From an uncultured bacterium (GTDB lineage: Bacteria > Babelota > Babeliae > Babelales > Vermiphilaceae), in contig OY969561.1 of assembly GCA_963701085.1 (NCBI GenBank), positions 1,024,001-1,088,000 of the forward strand: a DNA stretch of 64,000 bases, read 5' to 3'. How positions within the stretch are numbered: position 1 is the first letter of the stretch; each line of letters begins with the position of its first letter. A program made the translations under genes and the position numbers. The notes below the pieces were generated by a model. That model was not told the DNA's origin and did no database searches. It saw only the letters and a program-made list of their open reading frames with translations. Below, in pieces: positions 48,945 through 59,234 of this stretch.

Positions 48945-50282
48945 ATGGAATTTGTTCAATTAATAAAACAACTCAGTGAGCTTGTTTCTGGCTGGCCGCT
49001 GATGATTTATGTCATAGTAATTAGTCTTTTATATACCATTGCTTTGCGCGGGATTCAGTTTAGATATCTTTTAACTGCTTTAAAAGCAACCGTATCTCCT
49101 TCAGGTCAGGGCGCTCAACAACAAGGCGATGTTTCTCCTTTTCATGCATTTATTAATACTATCAATTCAAATTTAGGTAACGGTATTATTGCTGGTGTAG
49201 CGACTGCTATTTATGCAGGGGGTCCTGGCGCAGCTTTCTGGTTTGTTGTTTTTGGTTTTGTGTTGATGTCGGTGCGTTTTGCTGAAGTATATTTAAGCAC
49301 ATATTATGCATCTCAAGAAACAGAAAAAACCACACTTGGTGGACCAATGCTTTACTTAAAACATGTTCCTGGTGGTAAGTATCTCCCTTTTACCTACGCA
49401 TTTTTTTGTATTTTCTACGGATTAATTGGTGGTAATATAATTCAAGCAAATTCAATGGCTACTAGTCTTGCTGCTACCTGGGCTATTGCGCCACTATTCA
49501 GTGGATTAGCTCTTTTAGTGTTTGTTCTTTATATTCTTCTTGGTGGTGCTGAACGTATTATTAAAATTTCCGTCAGCATTGTTCCGGTTAAAGTTGCGGT
49601 GTTTATGATTTCTACCATAGCAATTTTACTGTTTCACTATAAATCTTTACTACCAGCGTTATATCTTATTGTCTCAAGTGGTCTTGGATTGCAGGCATTT
49701 GCAGGTGGTGTTGTTGGATTTTCTCTGCAGCAAATGATTGCTGCCGGAATGTCTCGTTCTATTTTTTCTACTGAATCAGGACTTGGTTCTGCAGCAATTA
49801 TGTTTGGATCCACCGGTAATGATGATGCAATTCAAAATGGTTTTATGGGTATGGTGAGCACATTTATTAGTACCTGTATTGGTTTTATTATTGCATTATG
49901 CATTGTTGTATCCGGTGTATGGAATAGTGGTTTGAATAGTACAGCATTAACTATTGCAGCTTTTGATACGTTATTTGGTGTTTATGGTGGATGGATAGTA
50001 AGTTTTCTTTCTATTAGTTTTGGTTTTGGTGTTATGGTTTCTTATGCATATGTTGTGCGTTCTGCATGGTTCTTTGTAACAAATAATCGTTTTGCACATG
50101 GATTCATGGTGGTATACAGTCTTTGTGCATTTGGTGGAGCATTAGCAACTGTTGATTTGGTATGGTATTTAGCAGATATTATTATTGCAGTAATGCTTTT
50201 GATTAATTTATATGGATTACTAATGTTGTTACCAAAAGTACGAACAACATTACTCAATCAACTTCGTGATTATAAGGCATAG
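48945..50282 (+). CDS. Alanine/glycine:cation symporter (AGCS family)
   Basis: SPFHAF..GNGIIAGVATAIYAGGPGAAFW, GGPMLYL, IQANS, FSTESGLGSAAI. Confidence 0.92.
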   Translation: MEFVQLIKQLSELVSGWPLMIYVIVISLLYTIALRGIQFRYLLTALKATVSPSGQGAQQQGDVSPFHAFINTINSNLGNGIIAGVATAIYAGGPGAAFWFVVFGFVLMSVRFAEVYLSTYYASQETEKTTLGGPMLYLKHVPGGKYLPFTYAFFCIFYGLIGGNIIQANSMATSLAATWAIAPLFSGLALLVFVLYILLGGAERIIKISVSIVPVKVAVFMISTIAILLFHYKSLLPALYLIVSSGLGLQAFAGGVVGFSLQQMIAAGMSRSIFSTESGLGSAAIMFGSTGNDDAIQNGFMGMVSTFISTCIGFIIALCIVVSGVWNSGLNSTALTIAAFDTLFGVYGGWIVSFLSISFGFGVMVSYAYVVRSAWFFVTNNRFAHGFMVVYSLCAFGGALATVDLVWYLADIIIAVMLLINLYGLLMLLPKVRTTLLNQLRDYKA

Positions 50283-50291
50283 TATACGTTT

Positions 50292-51869
50292 ATGAATTCA
50301 CCAATTACTATTCCCAGCATATTCCCCGTTACGTGTCACACTGATTTTGTGGGACATGGATCCTGTTTTGTTGCTATTGAAGGGTATGCGGATAATGGTG
50401 TTAAGTATATTAGGCAAGCTATAGAAAAGGGTGCACGTACAATAGTCGTGCACCACAACACTTTTTTAGATGACGAATTATGTTCATTCATACACATGCA
50501 TGGAGTTGTTGTTGAACGTGTTGATAATACGCGCAAGGCGTTAGCTGAACTTAGCACTCAAGCTGCTGGTTTTCCCGCAAAAAAGTTACGCATTATTGGT
50601 ATCACCGGCACTAAAGGCAAAACAACAACCTCTTTTTTACTTGAACATATTCTCCATTCTGCCGGTTATAAAACGGCACTCATTAGTTCCGCTCAAAATC
50701 GCATTTGCGGTCACAATTTTTCTGCACCGTTAACAACACCGCAACCTGATTATTTACAGCAATTTCTGAAGTTGTGTGTGGAACATAATGTTGATTATGT
50801 GGTGATGGAAGTTGCTGCTCAAGCGCTTACACTTCATCGCGTTGCGGGCATTACATTTTGTGGTATCATTTTTACTAATTTTTCTCATGAGCATTTAGAA
50901 TTTTATCCAACACTTGATGATTATTTTTATGCAAAAACATTAATTTTTGACATGGCCGCACATGATGCACCGATATTGGTTAATGGCGATGATGCACATG
51001 GCATACAATTACTTGATCAACATATGCATGCTGTAGGTTATGGATTTGGTAATATTTCAAAAATTACTGTATCATCTGAGATTTTATATTCTAGCGCTCG
51101 TCCTGAACTTGTTGAAGGATATCCTCGAGCGCTCGAAGAAACCCTTCAACAGGTTCAGGGTGAGCGCGAAAAAACAAAAACATTGTCGGGTAACTCTCGT
51201 GATGTATGTTATAAAGGCATACATATATCTGATCCTATTCATGGCATTATGTTTGAAGTGCAGTACCGCAATGATGCGATGACAGTTGTCTGCCCAAAAT
51301 TGTTTGGGGCTTATAATGGCTATAATGTATTAGCGGCAACAAGTATGGCATTAGCATTATCCATAACACCCGATACTGTACATGCAGCATTACTTTCCTT
51401 TTCAGGTGTTCCGGGTAGGTTGCAGGAACATGTTCTTACTAATGGTGCGCGTTGTTTTATTGATTATGCGCACAATCCAGAATCATTTGAAGCAGTTTTA
51501 TCAACATTACGTTCTCTCACCCATCAGTTAATTGTATTGTTTGGTGCTGGTGGTGGCAGAGACAAGTCTAAACGTCCAATGATGGGCGCTATCGCCGCAC
51601 AGATTGCCGACATTGTGGTAATCACCTCAGATAATCCTCGCTTAGAAGACCCAATCGTAATAGCAGATGATATTATACAAGGTATACCTGTATCCTTGAA
51701 ACACAAGGTTGTGCAGGAACTTGATCGTAAAAAAGCAATTGAACATGCCTATTTTTTATCGGACCAGGGTTCTATTATCGCATTGCTGGGCAAAGGTCCT
51801 GATGAATATCAGATTATCGGAACAACAAAACATTATTTCAGCGAACAACGCGTTGTTGAGCAGTTGTAG
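50292..51869 (+). CDS. murE: UDP-MurNAc-dipeptide--meso-DAP ligase
   Basis: GITGTKGKTT, LTTP, FTNFSHEHL, VPGRLQ, DYAHNP, DNPR (mDAP-type), GKG. Confidence 0.95.
   Translation: MNSPITIPSIFPVTCHTDFVGHGSCFVAIEGYADNGVKYIRQAIEKGARTIVVHHNTFLDDELCSFIHMHGVVVERVDNTRKALAELSTQAAGFPAKKLRIIGITGTKGKTTTSFLLEHILHSAGYKTALISSAQNRICGHNFSAPLTTPQPDYLQQFLKLCVEHNVDYVVMEVAAQALTLHRVAGITFCGIIFTNFSHEHLEFYPTLDDYFYAKTLIFDMAAHDAPILVNGDDAHGIQLLDQHMHAVGYGFGNISKITVSSEILYSSARPELVEGYPRALEETLQQVQGEREKTKTLSGNSRDVCYKGIHISDPIHGIMFEVQYRNDAMTVVCPKLFGAYNGYNVLAATSMALALSITPDTVHAALLSFSGVPGRLQEHVLTNGARCFIDYAHNPESFEAVLSTLRSLTHQLIVLFGAGGGRDKSKRPMMGAIAAQIADIVVITSDNPRLEDPIVIADDIIQGIPVSLKHKVVQELDRKKAIEHAYFLSDQGSIIALLGKGPDEYQIIGTTKHYFSEQRVVEQL
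51093..51167 (+). repeat. Complete type-A hairpin in frame inside murE
   Basis: gcgctcgtcctgaacttgttgaagga-tatcctcgagcgctcgaagaaa-cccttcaacaggttcagggtgagcgc; 25 codons SARPELVEGYPRALEETLQQVQGER. Confidence 0.93.
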
Positions 51870-51986
51870 TCACTAGTTCTCTTCTTATTGTATCTATTTC
51901 TTGTTTGTATATGAGTTGCTTTGATACTATGCAAATAGAATTATACGATTTGTTTATAGCTAAAAAATAGGCAAGGGGACGATTAT

Positions 51987-53636
51987 ATGAATAGTGTAAA
52001 AATAGTTTTTCTTACCATCACGTTTTATTTTTTTTCTGGGTTAAATTTTTTGAGTGCAATGGAATCGGAAGTGAAACCAGCAGCAGAAAATGTTGCAATT
52101 TCACATACGAGTAGTTGGCAACAGGATTTAGCTAATTTATTAAATAATAAAAATTGGGATGATGATGGCTATCCAAAACAAGAATGGATCGACAATGCTG
52201 TTCAAGATGCTATAGAGCTTATTGAAGATAAGAAGAAGACGAGTGATGATCTTTTAAAGGAGCTGGGAGATGTATCGCGAAAATATTATAAGGATCGAGT
52301 TATACAAGTAAAAACTATACAAGATATAAAAAACAATTTTTTAGGAAATATTAAAGTTGCTCTGCAAAAGAAATCTGAACTGCAGCGAGTGGCAGAGAAA
52401 GAAAATAAAAAACTTCAAAAAAAGCAGGAAAAGCATGATCGAAAAGAGTTGTTTTTGAAAAAATTTGAAGAAAATAGACAACAACAGCAACAAAAATTAG
52501 AAAATGAGGCTCTGCAACTATTATTAGAGCAGCGTAAGAATGAGACGGTTTGGGAAAAATATTTAGCTGATTTATCAAAAGAAGAAAATTGGCATGATGG
52601 TGCTGAGATAGAACAAAAATGGATGAGTCGTATTGTGAAAAGTGGTGGAGAAAGTAGCGTGCCAACGCAGGCATGGATGGAAAAGGCTGCTGAATTTGCA
52701 GCAAAACTTATAAAAGAAGATAAAGCAACTACGATTAATATAGTGGTGCGTGCTCTTGATAAAGCATTATGGGATCATTATGCAAAGGTTCCTCAGAAAG
52801 TCTTTGTTGAAACAATTGAATTCGTAAAAGATAATTTTTATAAATTGTTGGAAAAAAAACAAGAATTAGAACGAAAAAGACAGAAACGGCAAGATAGACT
52901 AGCGGAACAAGAAAGACTAGAACAAGAGAAAGAAGAAAAACTAAACCAAGAAATAGACAAACTAATAAGGTCAGAAGAAGAAAAACAACAAAATGAGTAC
53001 AGACTAAAATATCAAGAATTAGAGCAAGAACTAAAACAAGGATTGAAACCATTATTAGGCAGAATCAGTGAGGGATGGAAAAAAGCACCAAGTGAAGATT
53101 GGCAAGGTAACATTGTCCGTGTTGCAAATGGGCTCATAAAAAAAAATAATACGCCAGCAAAAAGAAGTGAAATTTATAATCAAATAAACAACGCGATTAA
53201 TGGTTATAGCAAAACATTGTGGTTCCCTAATAGACAAGCAATAGCAGCTGCTAAAAATAATATCTTTAAGCAAATATATAGTGCTACTGTACCAGAGTTT
53301 AAGCAATTTGCTCACTATTTTAAAGAAGTTGCTCAAAGCCCAGCACAAGAAGACAATGGGATTGATATGCACTGGATTTATGATACAAAAGAAAGTTATT
53401 ACAATTTAAATCCAACAACGTTAAAAAAAATAGCAGATGATGCTGCAGTATTGATTAAAGATAGAATGGTGCCAAAAAGTGTCATTGAAAACATGATGAG
53501 TAGAGAGTTAGTAGAAGCACGGAGAGGTAAACATCCACAATTGCGGTCTCCAGGTCAACTAGGAATAATGAAAGCAACTCTCTACGCGAGTAGCAGAATT
53601 TTTGTGCAGGGCAGAAAATTGAATAAGTCTTTATAG
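51987..53636 (+). CDS. Secreted protein with repeated Trp-containing helical domains and coiled coils
   Basis: Signal ending [19 protein letters not shown] / [13 protein letters not shown] repeats. Confidence 0.72.
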   Translation: MNSVKIVFLTITFYFFSGLNFLSAMESEVKPAAENVAISHTSSWQQDLANLLNNKNWDDDGYPKQEWIDNAVQDAIELIEDKKKTSDDLLKELGDVSRKYYKDRVIQVKTIQDIKNNFLGNIKVALQKKSELQRVAEKENKKLQKKQEKHDRKELFLKKFEENRQQQQQKLENEALQLLLEQRKNETVWEKYLADLSKEENWHDGAEIEQKWMSRIVKSGGESSVPTQAWMEKAAEFAAKLIKEDKATTINIVVRALDKALWDHYAKVPQKVFVETIEFVKDNFYKLLEKKQELERKRQKRQDRLAEQERLEQEKEEKLNQEIDKLIRSEEEKQQNEYRLKYQELEQELKQGLKPLLGRISEGWKKAPSEDWQGNIVRVANGLIKKNNTPAKRSEIYNQINNAINGYSKTLWFPNRQAIAAAKNNIFKQIYSATVPEFKQFAHYFKEVAQSPAQEDNGIDMHWIYDTKESYYNLNPTTLKKIADDAAVLIKDRMVPKSVIENMMSRELVEARRGKHPQLRSPGQLGIMKATLYASSRIFVQGRKLNKSL

Positions 53637-53725
53637 TCCTTGCTATATTTACAATATCTCTATTTGGACGTACAATCATATGCGTGTTAAAAAACAGGCA
53701 TAATGATTTTTTATTGAGGAGGACT

Positions 53726-55762
53726 ATGGTTCCACAATTGTGTATTCTCGGATGTATAGCATTGCTCGGCCTTGTGGTTGTAGCAGTGCTTTTTTATGCT
53801 ATCCGAAAGTTAGAGGTTCATAACCAAAAAGCAGAACAAATTGCAGCAGCAATTCATGCTGGTGCGATGACGTTTTTGCAGGAAGAGTATAAAATTATTG
53901 CCGTGGTTGTTGCCATTGTTGCGATTATTTTAGGATTTATTTTTAAAAGTGGATTAGCAGCGCTGATATTTGTAGGCGGTGCATTTATTTCTATGCTTAT
54001 CGGTTTTATTGGTATGGTTGCGGCAACATCAGCTAATGTCAGAACAACAATTGCTGCAAAAGATGGTGGTGAACCAGCAGCATTTATGGTTTCATTTTAT
54101 GGTGGTGGTGTTATGGGATTTGCTGTTGCAAGCTTTGGCTTGTTAGCATTGACCAAAATTTTCTACTTATTTGGGAATCATCCTGACTTTGTTATATTGT
54201 TAACATGCTTTAGTCTTGGTGCAAGTTTAGTGGCATTTTTTGCGCGTGTTGGTGGTGGTATTTTTACCAAATCAGCAGATGTTGGTGCCGATTTAGTTGG
54301 TAAAGTTGAAGCAGGTATTCCTGAAGATGATCCTCGTAATCCTGCAGTTATTGCTGATAACGTTGGTGACTGTGTTGGTGATACTGCAGGCATGGGCGCT
54401 GATATTTATGAATCATATGTTGGCGCAATTGTTTCTACTGCAATATTGGCTATTGGCTCACAGATGGATCCTGAATATATACTGTTTCCTTTAGTTCTTG
54501 CAGGTATTGGTTTGGTCAGTTCTATTGTTGGTCTGCTATTTAACTTAGTATTACGCTGTGAACCAGCTGCAATGCTTCGCAATGCAACCTATGTAGCAAT
54601 TGTAGCTTTTCTTGCTGCAACGTATCTGTATCAGGTAAAGAATGGCATTGAAATGAGTTTATTCATTCCAATCGTGCTTGGATGTTTATCTGGAGTTGTT
54701 ATTGGTGCAATTACTGAATATTACACGGGTGGTCAACCGGTTATTAATATTGCAGAATGTTCACGATCTGGTGCAGCAACTAATATAATTTACGGTCTTT
54801 CTGTTGGTATGGAATCAACCGTAGCGCCGGTAATTATTTTAGGACTCATTGTATTGGTAGCACATCATTTTGGTGGTTTGTATGGTATTTCCATTGCAGC
54901 AGTTTCTATGCTTTCTACCGTTGGTATAACCATGACTGTTGATGCTTATGGCCCGATTGCAGATAATGCTGGTGGTATTGCGGAAATGGCAGGATTTGGA
55001 CCAGAAGTCAGAAAAATTACTGATAAGCTTGATGCATTGGGTAATACTACTGCGGCAATTGGTAAAGGTTTTGCAATTGGTTCAGCATTGCTTACCGCTC
55101 TTGCAATATTTTCTGCATATGCGCAACAAGCAGGAATTGATGTTCTTAATATTTTGGATCCGTATATTTTAACGGGTGTATTTATTGGTGGCACGGTGCC
55201 ATTTGTTATTTCAGCATTAACAATGCGTTCAGTCAGTGATGCTGCAATGAAAATGGTGATGGAAGTTCGTCGTCAGTTTAAAGAAATTCCTGGTATCATG
55301 GCAGGAACTGCGCAGCCTGATTATAAACGTTGTGTTGCAATCAGTACCAAGGCTTCATTGCGGGAAATGGTATTGCCTGGTGTATTAACGATCTCTATTC
55401 CCGTAATTGTTAAGTATACACTTGGCGTGCATGTTCTCGGTGGTGTCCTTGTAGGAGCAACTGTTGTTGGTGTATTGCTTGCACTTTTGATGGCAAATGC
55501 TGGTGGTGCATGGGATAATGCTAAGAAATATATTGAAGCTGGTAATTTGGGTGGTAAAGGATCGGTTGCTCATATGTCAGCGGTTATTGGTGACACGGTA
55601 GGCGACCCTTTCAAGGATACATCTGGCCCAGCACTTAATATTTTAATTAAGTTAATGTCGATCGTTTCATTGTTACTAGTTCTTAGTTGGTTAGAAAATA
55701 ACATGTGTAAAAAAAAGAGCTGCAGAATTTCTGTGGCTCTTTTTGCGTGGTGCAGAATATGA
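53726..55762 (+). CDS. hppA: Membrane-bound pyrophosphatase, K+-dependent, probably Na+-translocating
   Basis: [71 protein letters not shown]; gaggagg RBS. Last ~20 codons run through a terminator, so the true stop may be earlier. Confidence 0.95.
   Translation: MVPQLCILGCIALLGLVVVAVLFYAIRKLEVHNQKAEQIAAAIHAGAMTFLQEEYKIIAVVVAIVAIILGFIFKSGLAALIFVGGAFISMLIGFIGMVAATSANVRTTIAAKDGGEPAAFMVSFYGGGVMGFAVASFGLLALTKIFYLFGNHPDFVILLTCFSLGASLVAFFARVGGGIFTKSADVGADLVGKVEAGIPEDDPRNPAVIADNVGDCVGDTAGMGADIYESYVGAIVSTAILAIGSQMDPEYILFPLVLAGIGLVSSIVGLLFNLVLRCEPAAMLRNATYVAIVAFLAATYLYQVKNGIEMSLFIPIVLGCLSGVVIGAITEYYTGGQPVINIAECSRSGAATNIIYGLSVGMESTVAPVIILGLIVLVAHHFGGLYGISIAAVSMLSTVGITMTVDAYGPIADNAGGIAEMAGFGPEVRKITDKLDALGNTTAAIGKGFAIGSALLTALAIFSAYAQQAGIDVLNILDPYILTGVFIGGTVPFVISALTMRSVSDAAMKMVMEVRRQFKEIPGIMAGTAQPDYKRCVAISTKASLREMVLPGVLTISIPVIVKYTLGVHVLGGVLVGATVVGVLLALLMANAGGAWDNAKKYIEAGNLGGKGSVAHMSAVIGDTVGDPFKDTSGPALNILIKLMSIVSLLLVLSWLENNMCKKKSCRISVALFAWCRI
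55712..55744 (+). terminator. Terminator, copy 1 (after hppA)
   Basis: aaaaagagctgcagaa-t-ttctgtggctcttttt. Confidence 0.8.
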
Positions 55763-55844
55763 ATAACTTGAAAACAAATGAGCTCTATGCCATCCTGTTA
55801 TTGAGCAAGACTCTTTCATGATCATGAACTATAAAGGAACTCAG

Positions 55845-56066
55845 ATGCTAAAAAATAAGGCCCCTTTATCTAAAATTACTCCGCAATATATTATTGATAA
55901 AGCTGGTAAAAAAACAGGCGTAATTCTTGATATTCTTGCCTTTGAGCAGCTTTTGGAAGAAATAGAAGATATTTATTTTGGATCCATTGCTCATAAAGCA
56001 TTACATGAAGAAGATGAGTATATTACGCATACCGATGTTAAAAAAAAGATAGCTAGGAAACGTTAA
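55845..56066 (+). CDS. Antitoxin of RelE/ParE-type module
   Basis: QYIIDKAGKKTGVILDILAFEQLLEEIEDI, acidic; TAATG-coupled to the toxin. Confidence 0.75.
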   Translation: MLKNKAPLSKITPQYIIDKAGKKTGVILDILAFEQLLEEIEDIYFGSIAHKALHEEDEYITHTDVKKKIARKR

Positions 56067-56350
56067 TGGCAAGTAATTTTGAAGACTTTTCTATTGTATG
56101 GCTTAAATCTGCCCATAAAAGTTTTGAAAAATTACCTATGCTTACCCAAAAATCTATTATAAAGCAGATAGATCTTTTACCCACTTCTTACGAAAATAGT
56201 GATATAAAAAAACTCAAAGGTCATTCAGATCTTTACCGGTTACGAGTCGGTGACTATCGCATTATTTTTTCAATAAATAAACAAGCGCAACAAATTCGCA
56301 TATCTGCTGTTGGTCATCGAAGAGATATTTATAATTTAATCAGTAACTAA
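56066..56350 (+). CDS. relE: RelE/ParE-family toxin (RelE/StbE-like)
   Basis: IKKLKG..LYRLRVGDYRIIF..VGHRRDIY. Confidence 0.92.
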   Translation: MASNFEDFSIVWLKSAHKSFEKLPMLTQKSIIKQIDLLPTSYENSDIKKLKGHSDLYRLRVGDYRIIFSINKQAQQIRISAVGHRRDIYNLISN

Positions 56351-56367
56351 ATTTTTTTTGAAAACGT

Positions 56368-56404
56368 AAAAAGAGCTGCAGAAATTCTGTGGCTCTTTTT
56401 TTTT
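56368..56404 (+). terminator. Terminator, copy 2 (after relE)
   Basis: aaaaagagctgcagaa-a-ttctgtggctcttttt, one mismatch to copy 1. Confidence 0.85.
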
Positions 56405-56482
56405 ATGTGCATGATGATGCAAGTTGTTGCGGTTGGCGCAATAATAACCGTATGCTGAAGATATAAAAAAAGGAGTGACGTC

Positions 56483-58018
56483 ATGAAAACAATATTTCAT
56501 AAGAAGTTTCTCTACTACATTTTAAGTTGCTATAGTTACTCAGCGAATTTTTCATTAGCGCTCGCCCTGAACAGTTTTATCCCCATCTTCAGTTCCTTTC
56601 AATGGGGTCCCCGGTTTGGAGTGAAACGAAAACTGGGGCAAAAGGGTGTCTTCGAGCGCTCGAGGATATCCTTTTGCCCCAGTTTTCGTTTTATTCCAAT
56701 CGGGGTCCCCATCAAGAGAAGTCGAAGATGGGGTGAGCTGACGAGCGCGGGGAATAAAGGGCAAGACTATTGGTTGTTATTATATTGTTTGTTAAGCATT
56801 GGTGCATTGTCGTATGCAGATGATATGCCTTTTAAACTTGGTGTTGAAAATATTCCCACTTCATTATTTAAAAAAATCTGTCCTCATAAAAAAAATGATT
56901 CTTGCATGGTTGGTTTAATCACCAATCAGACCGGTGTTGATCAAAAAGGTGTGCGAACAATTGATATTCTTGTGCAGCGCGGATGCGCATTGCGGTATAT
57001 TTTTGCTCCAGAACATGGGTTGAATGGTGTTCTTGCCGAGCGTGATGTGCACGATTCTGTTGATAAAAAAACAGGTGTTCCGATTATTAGTTTGTATGGC
57101 AATGGTTCGGGAAAAATGATTGCACCTGAGTATTTGAATAACATTGATTTTTTAATATTTGATATTCAAGATTCTGGCATGCGCCACTATACCTATATTT
57201 CTACACTGCTTAACACCATGAAAATCGCCGCAGAACATAATAAACCATTTGTGGTGTTAGATAGACCTAATCCATTGGCAACAGTTATGGAGGGCCCTCT
57301 TGTTGCTCCCGAACTTATCTCATTTATTTCCATTGCCCCGATTCCATTACGTCATGGCATGACCATTGGCGAACTTGCATGGTATTTTAATAAACATGTT
57401 TTAGATAAACCGGCAGTGTTGCACGTGGTTAAAATGAAAAATTATGATCGTACACAAGGTTTTGTTGGTGAACTTGTGCATCAATTATCACCAAATCTGC
57501 AATCACTACAATCATGTTATGGCTACAGTTTTTTAGGATTATTGGGAGAAATAGAACCGTTTGATGTTGGTGTTGGTACACCTATGGCGTTCCGTTGTAT
57601 TGCATTACCAGAAAGCATGCACGTGCCGCATGGTGTATGGGAACGGTTGCAAACAATACTCAGTTCATTTGGGGTGCAAAGTTTTCCATATCACCATGTT
57701 AATACAAAGAATAAAAAGAAGAATAGAGGATTGCGGTTGGAGTTTTCTGATGTTAATGATCTGCATGCATTTGAGCTTTTTATTACGATTTTGCAGTTTT
57801 TTAAAAAAGAGAAGATAACATTTTCTTTTTCAGCGGCGTTTAATAAAGCGGTGGGGACTAAGGATGTACAAGAATTAATTGCGGGAAATGTGTCCGAGCG
57901 CCAGTTTTTTAGACAAATACATAAAGATTTGCAACGCTTTCACCGGCGTGCGCAATCTTCATTCTTTTACCAACCAGCACCCGTAATTGCGTGTAAATCT
58001 TTGATCACCTCTTTGTGA
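56483..58018 (+). CDS. namZ: DUF1343/NamZ-family exo-beta-N-acetylmuramidase with repeat-expanded N-terminus
   Basis: VGLITNQTG, FAPEHG, SLYG, FDIQDSGMRHYTYISTL, VLDRPNP, RHGMTIGELA; aggag RBS. Confidence 0.88.
   Translation: MKTIFHKKFLYYILSCYSYSANFSLALALNSFIPIFSSFQWGPRFGVKRKLGQKGVFERSRISFCPSFRFIPIGVPIKRSRRWGELTSAGNKGQDYWLLLYCLLSIGALSYADDMPFKLGVENIPTSLFKKICPHKKNDSCMVGLITNQTGVDQKGVRTIDILVQRGCALRYIFAPEHGLNGVLAERDVHDSVDKKTGVPIISLYGNGSGKMIAPEYLNNIDFLIFDIQDSGMRHYTYISTLLNTMKIAAEHNKPFVVLDRPNPLATVMEGPLVAPELISFISIAPIPLRHGMTIGELAWYFNKHVLDKPAVLHVVKMKNYDRTQGFVGELVHQLSPNLQSLQSCYGYSFLGLLGEIEPFDVGVGTPMAFRCIALPESMHVPHGVWERLQTILSSFGVQSFPYHHVNTKNKKKNRGLRLEFSDVNDLHAFELFITILQFFKKEKITFSFSAAFNKAVGTKDVQELIAGNVSERQFFRQIHKDLQRFHRRAQSSFFYQPAPVIACKSLITSL
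56558..56748 (+). repeat. 191-nt compound hairpin in frame in the namZ leader
   Basis: Ends gcgctcg...cgagcgc; centre aagggtgtcttcgagcgctcgaggatatcctt is the reverse complement of the murE centre with one mismatch; both arms carry ccccatcttc..tgggg and ccccg..aaacgaaaactgggg modules. Confidence 0.92.
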
Positions 58019-58083
58019 GTGTTAAAGTTTATCGCTTCCTGCTAATTTTGTAATTATCCATTTTAAACCATAATAAATGTTGC

Positions 58084-59144
58084 TCATAAAGGTGGTAATT
58101 CCATTCCATATAAAGCTGATGGCTCGAGTAACATATATTGGTTGAGGTTTAGGTTCCTCGCTAACTTCGGTTTTAATTTTTTAGGTATTTCGACCACAGT
58201 TGGTGAAGGATGCTGCTCGTAAGTACTTATTACTGATTCTGGTTCTAGTGTTTCTTCTTCTGAAGGGACTTCTTCTACCGTCCCTGGTTCTTGAATAGGT
58301 TCTTCTTCTGGTATAATTGATATGATCATTGTGGGCTGATTGTGTTGCAATGTTATTTCTAGATAGAATAACGTTTGATCTGGCAGGCATGTTTTTATTT
58401 GAGCCAATTTGCTTTCTATTGTTGGCCACTGTTATTGGTTGCTACGTAATTAATGTAAGTTATCGCTTCTTCGTTAAGTTTGTTTATATATATAGTTGGA
58501 TCTTGTTTTACTTTTTTAATTATTTCTACTGTGCCAGATAGTCCTCGAAAATAGAGAGGAGTATATATCGAAAAATCTATTTTTGGATTTTCATGTGGAT
58601 GGTATTTTATTATATTTTCGAGCAGTTCTTTTTCTTTTTTTTCCTCACTATGTGCAACTATTAATTGTCGGGAAATTTGTTGTGGTATTTGTTTCACTTT
58701 TTGTTTTTTTTGAATGGATTGTTGTCCTAAATCAAAATACTCCTTTAAGATGGGATCACTTTCTGGAAAATAACTCTTTAAAATTGCTAATTTTACTTCT
58801 GATGTTGGGTATATAGGGTTGTTGATAATCCATTGAATACCTTTATTTGCATGGCTATTTAACTGTTCTTTATATTCTTTAAGTAGAAATAAGAATGTAG
58901 TGTTAGTAGGGTTTTTTTTGCGTAATTCAGTTAATTTGTTTATTTGTTTGGAAATAGGTTCAAAATAACCAAATTTGTAAATCAACTTATTGTTGTTGAG
59001 GTCTTCTTTTAGTTGATCAAGGGTTTCTAAATAGCCTTCTTTTATAGGATATTCTTTTAATTCAAGAAGAGGATTCATGCCACATGCATTAAAAAAGATC
59101 ATGATCATGCTGAATGTAGCAATATGCAAAGAATTATATTTCAT
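58084..59144 (-). CDS. Secreted hypothetical protein, probably one gene with a frameshift near 58420
   Basis: MKYNSLHIATFSMIMIFFNACG|MN; ORFs 58416-59144 and 58084-58407 abut in different frames. Confidence 0.55.
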
Positions 59145-59234
59145 GTGACCTACTCTTTTTTTTTACTATTGAATTCCATTTTTTTAATTAGTTTGTTTCA
59201 TAAGTTTATATTTTTATGCAAATGCGCCGATCAA

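Noticed and set aside
55680-55762. Novel C-terminal extension of HppA
   Set aside because: It reads through a terminator hairpin; removing one base gives a stop near 55693, so it is probably an artefact.
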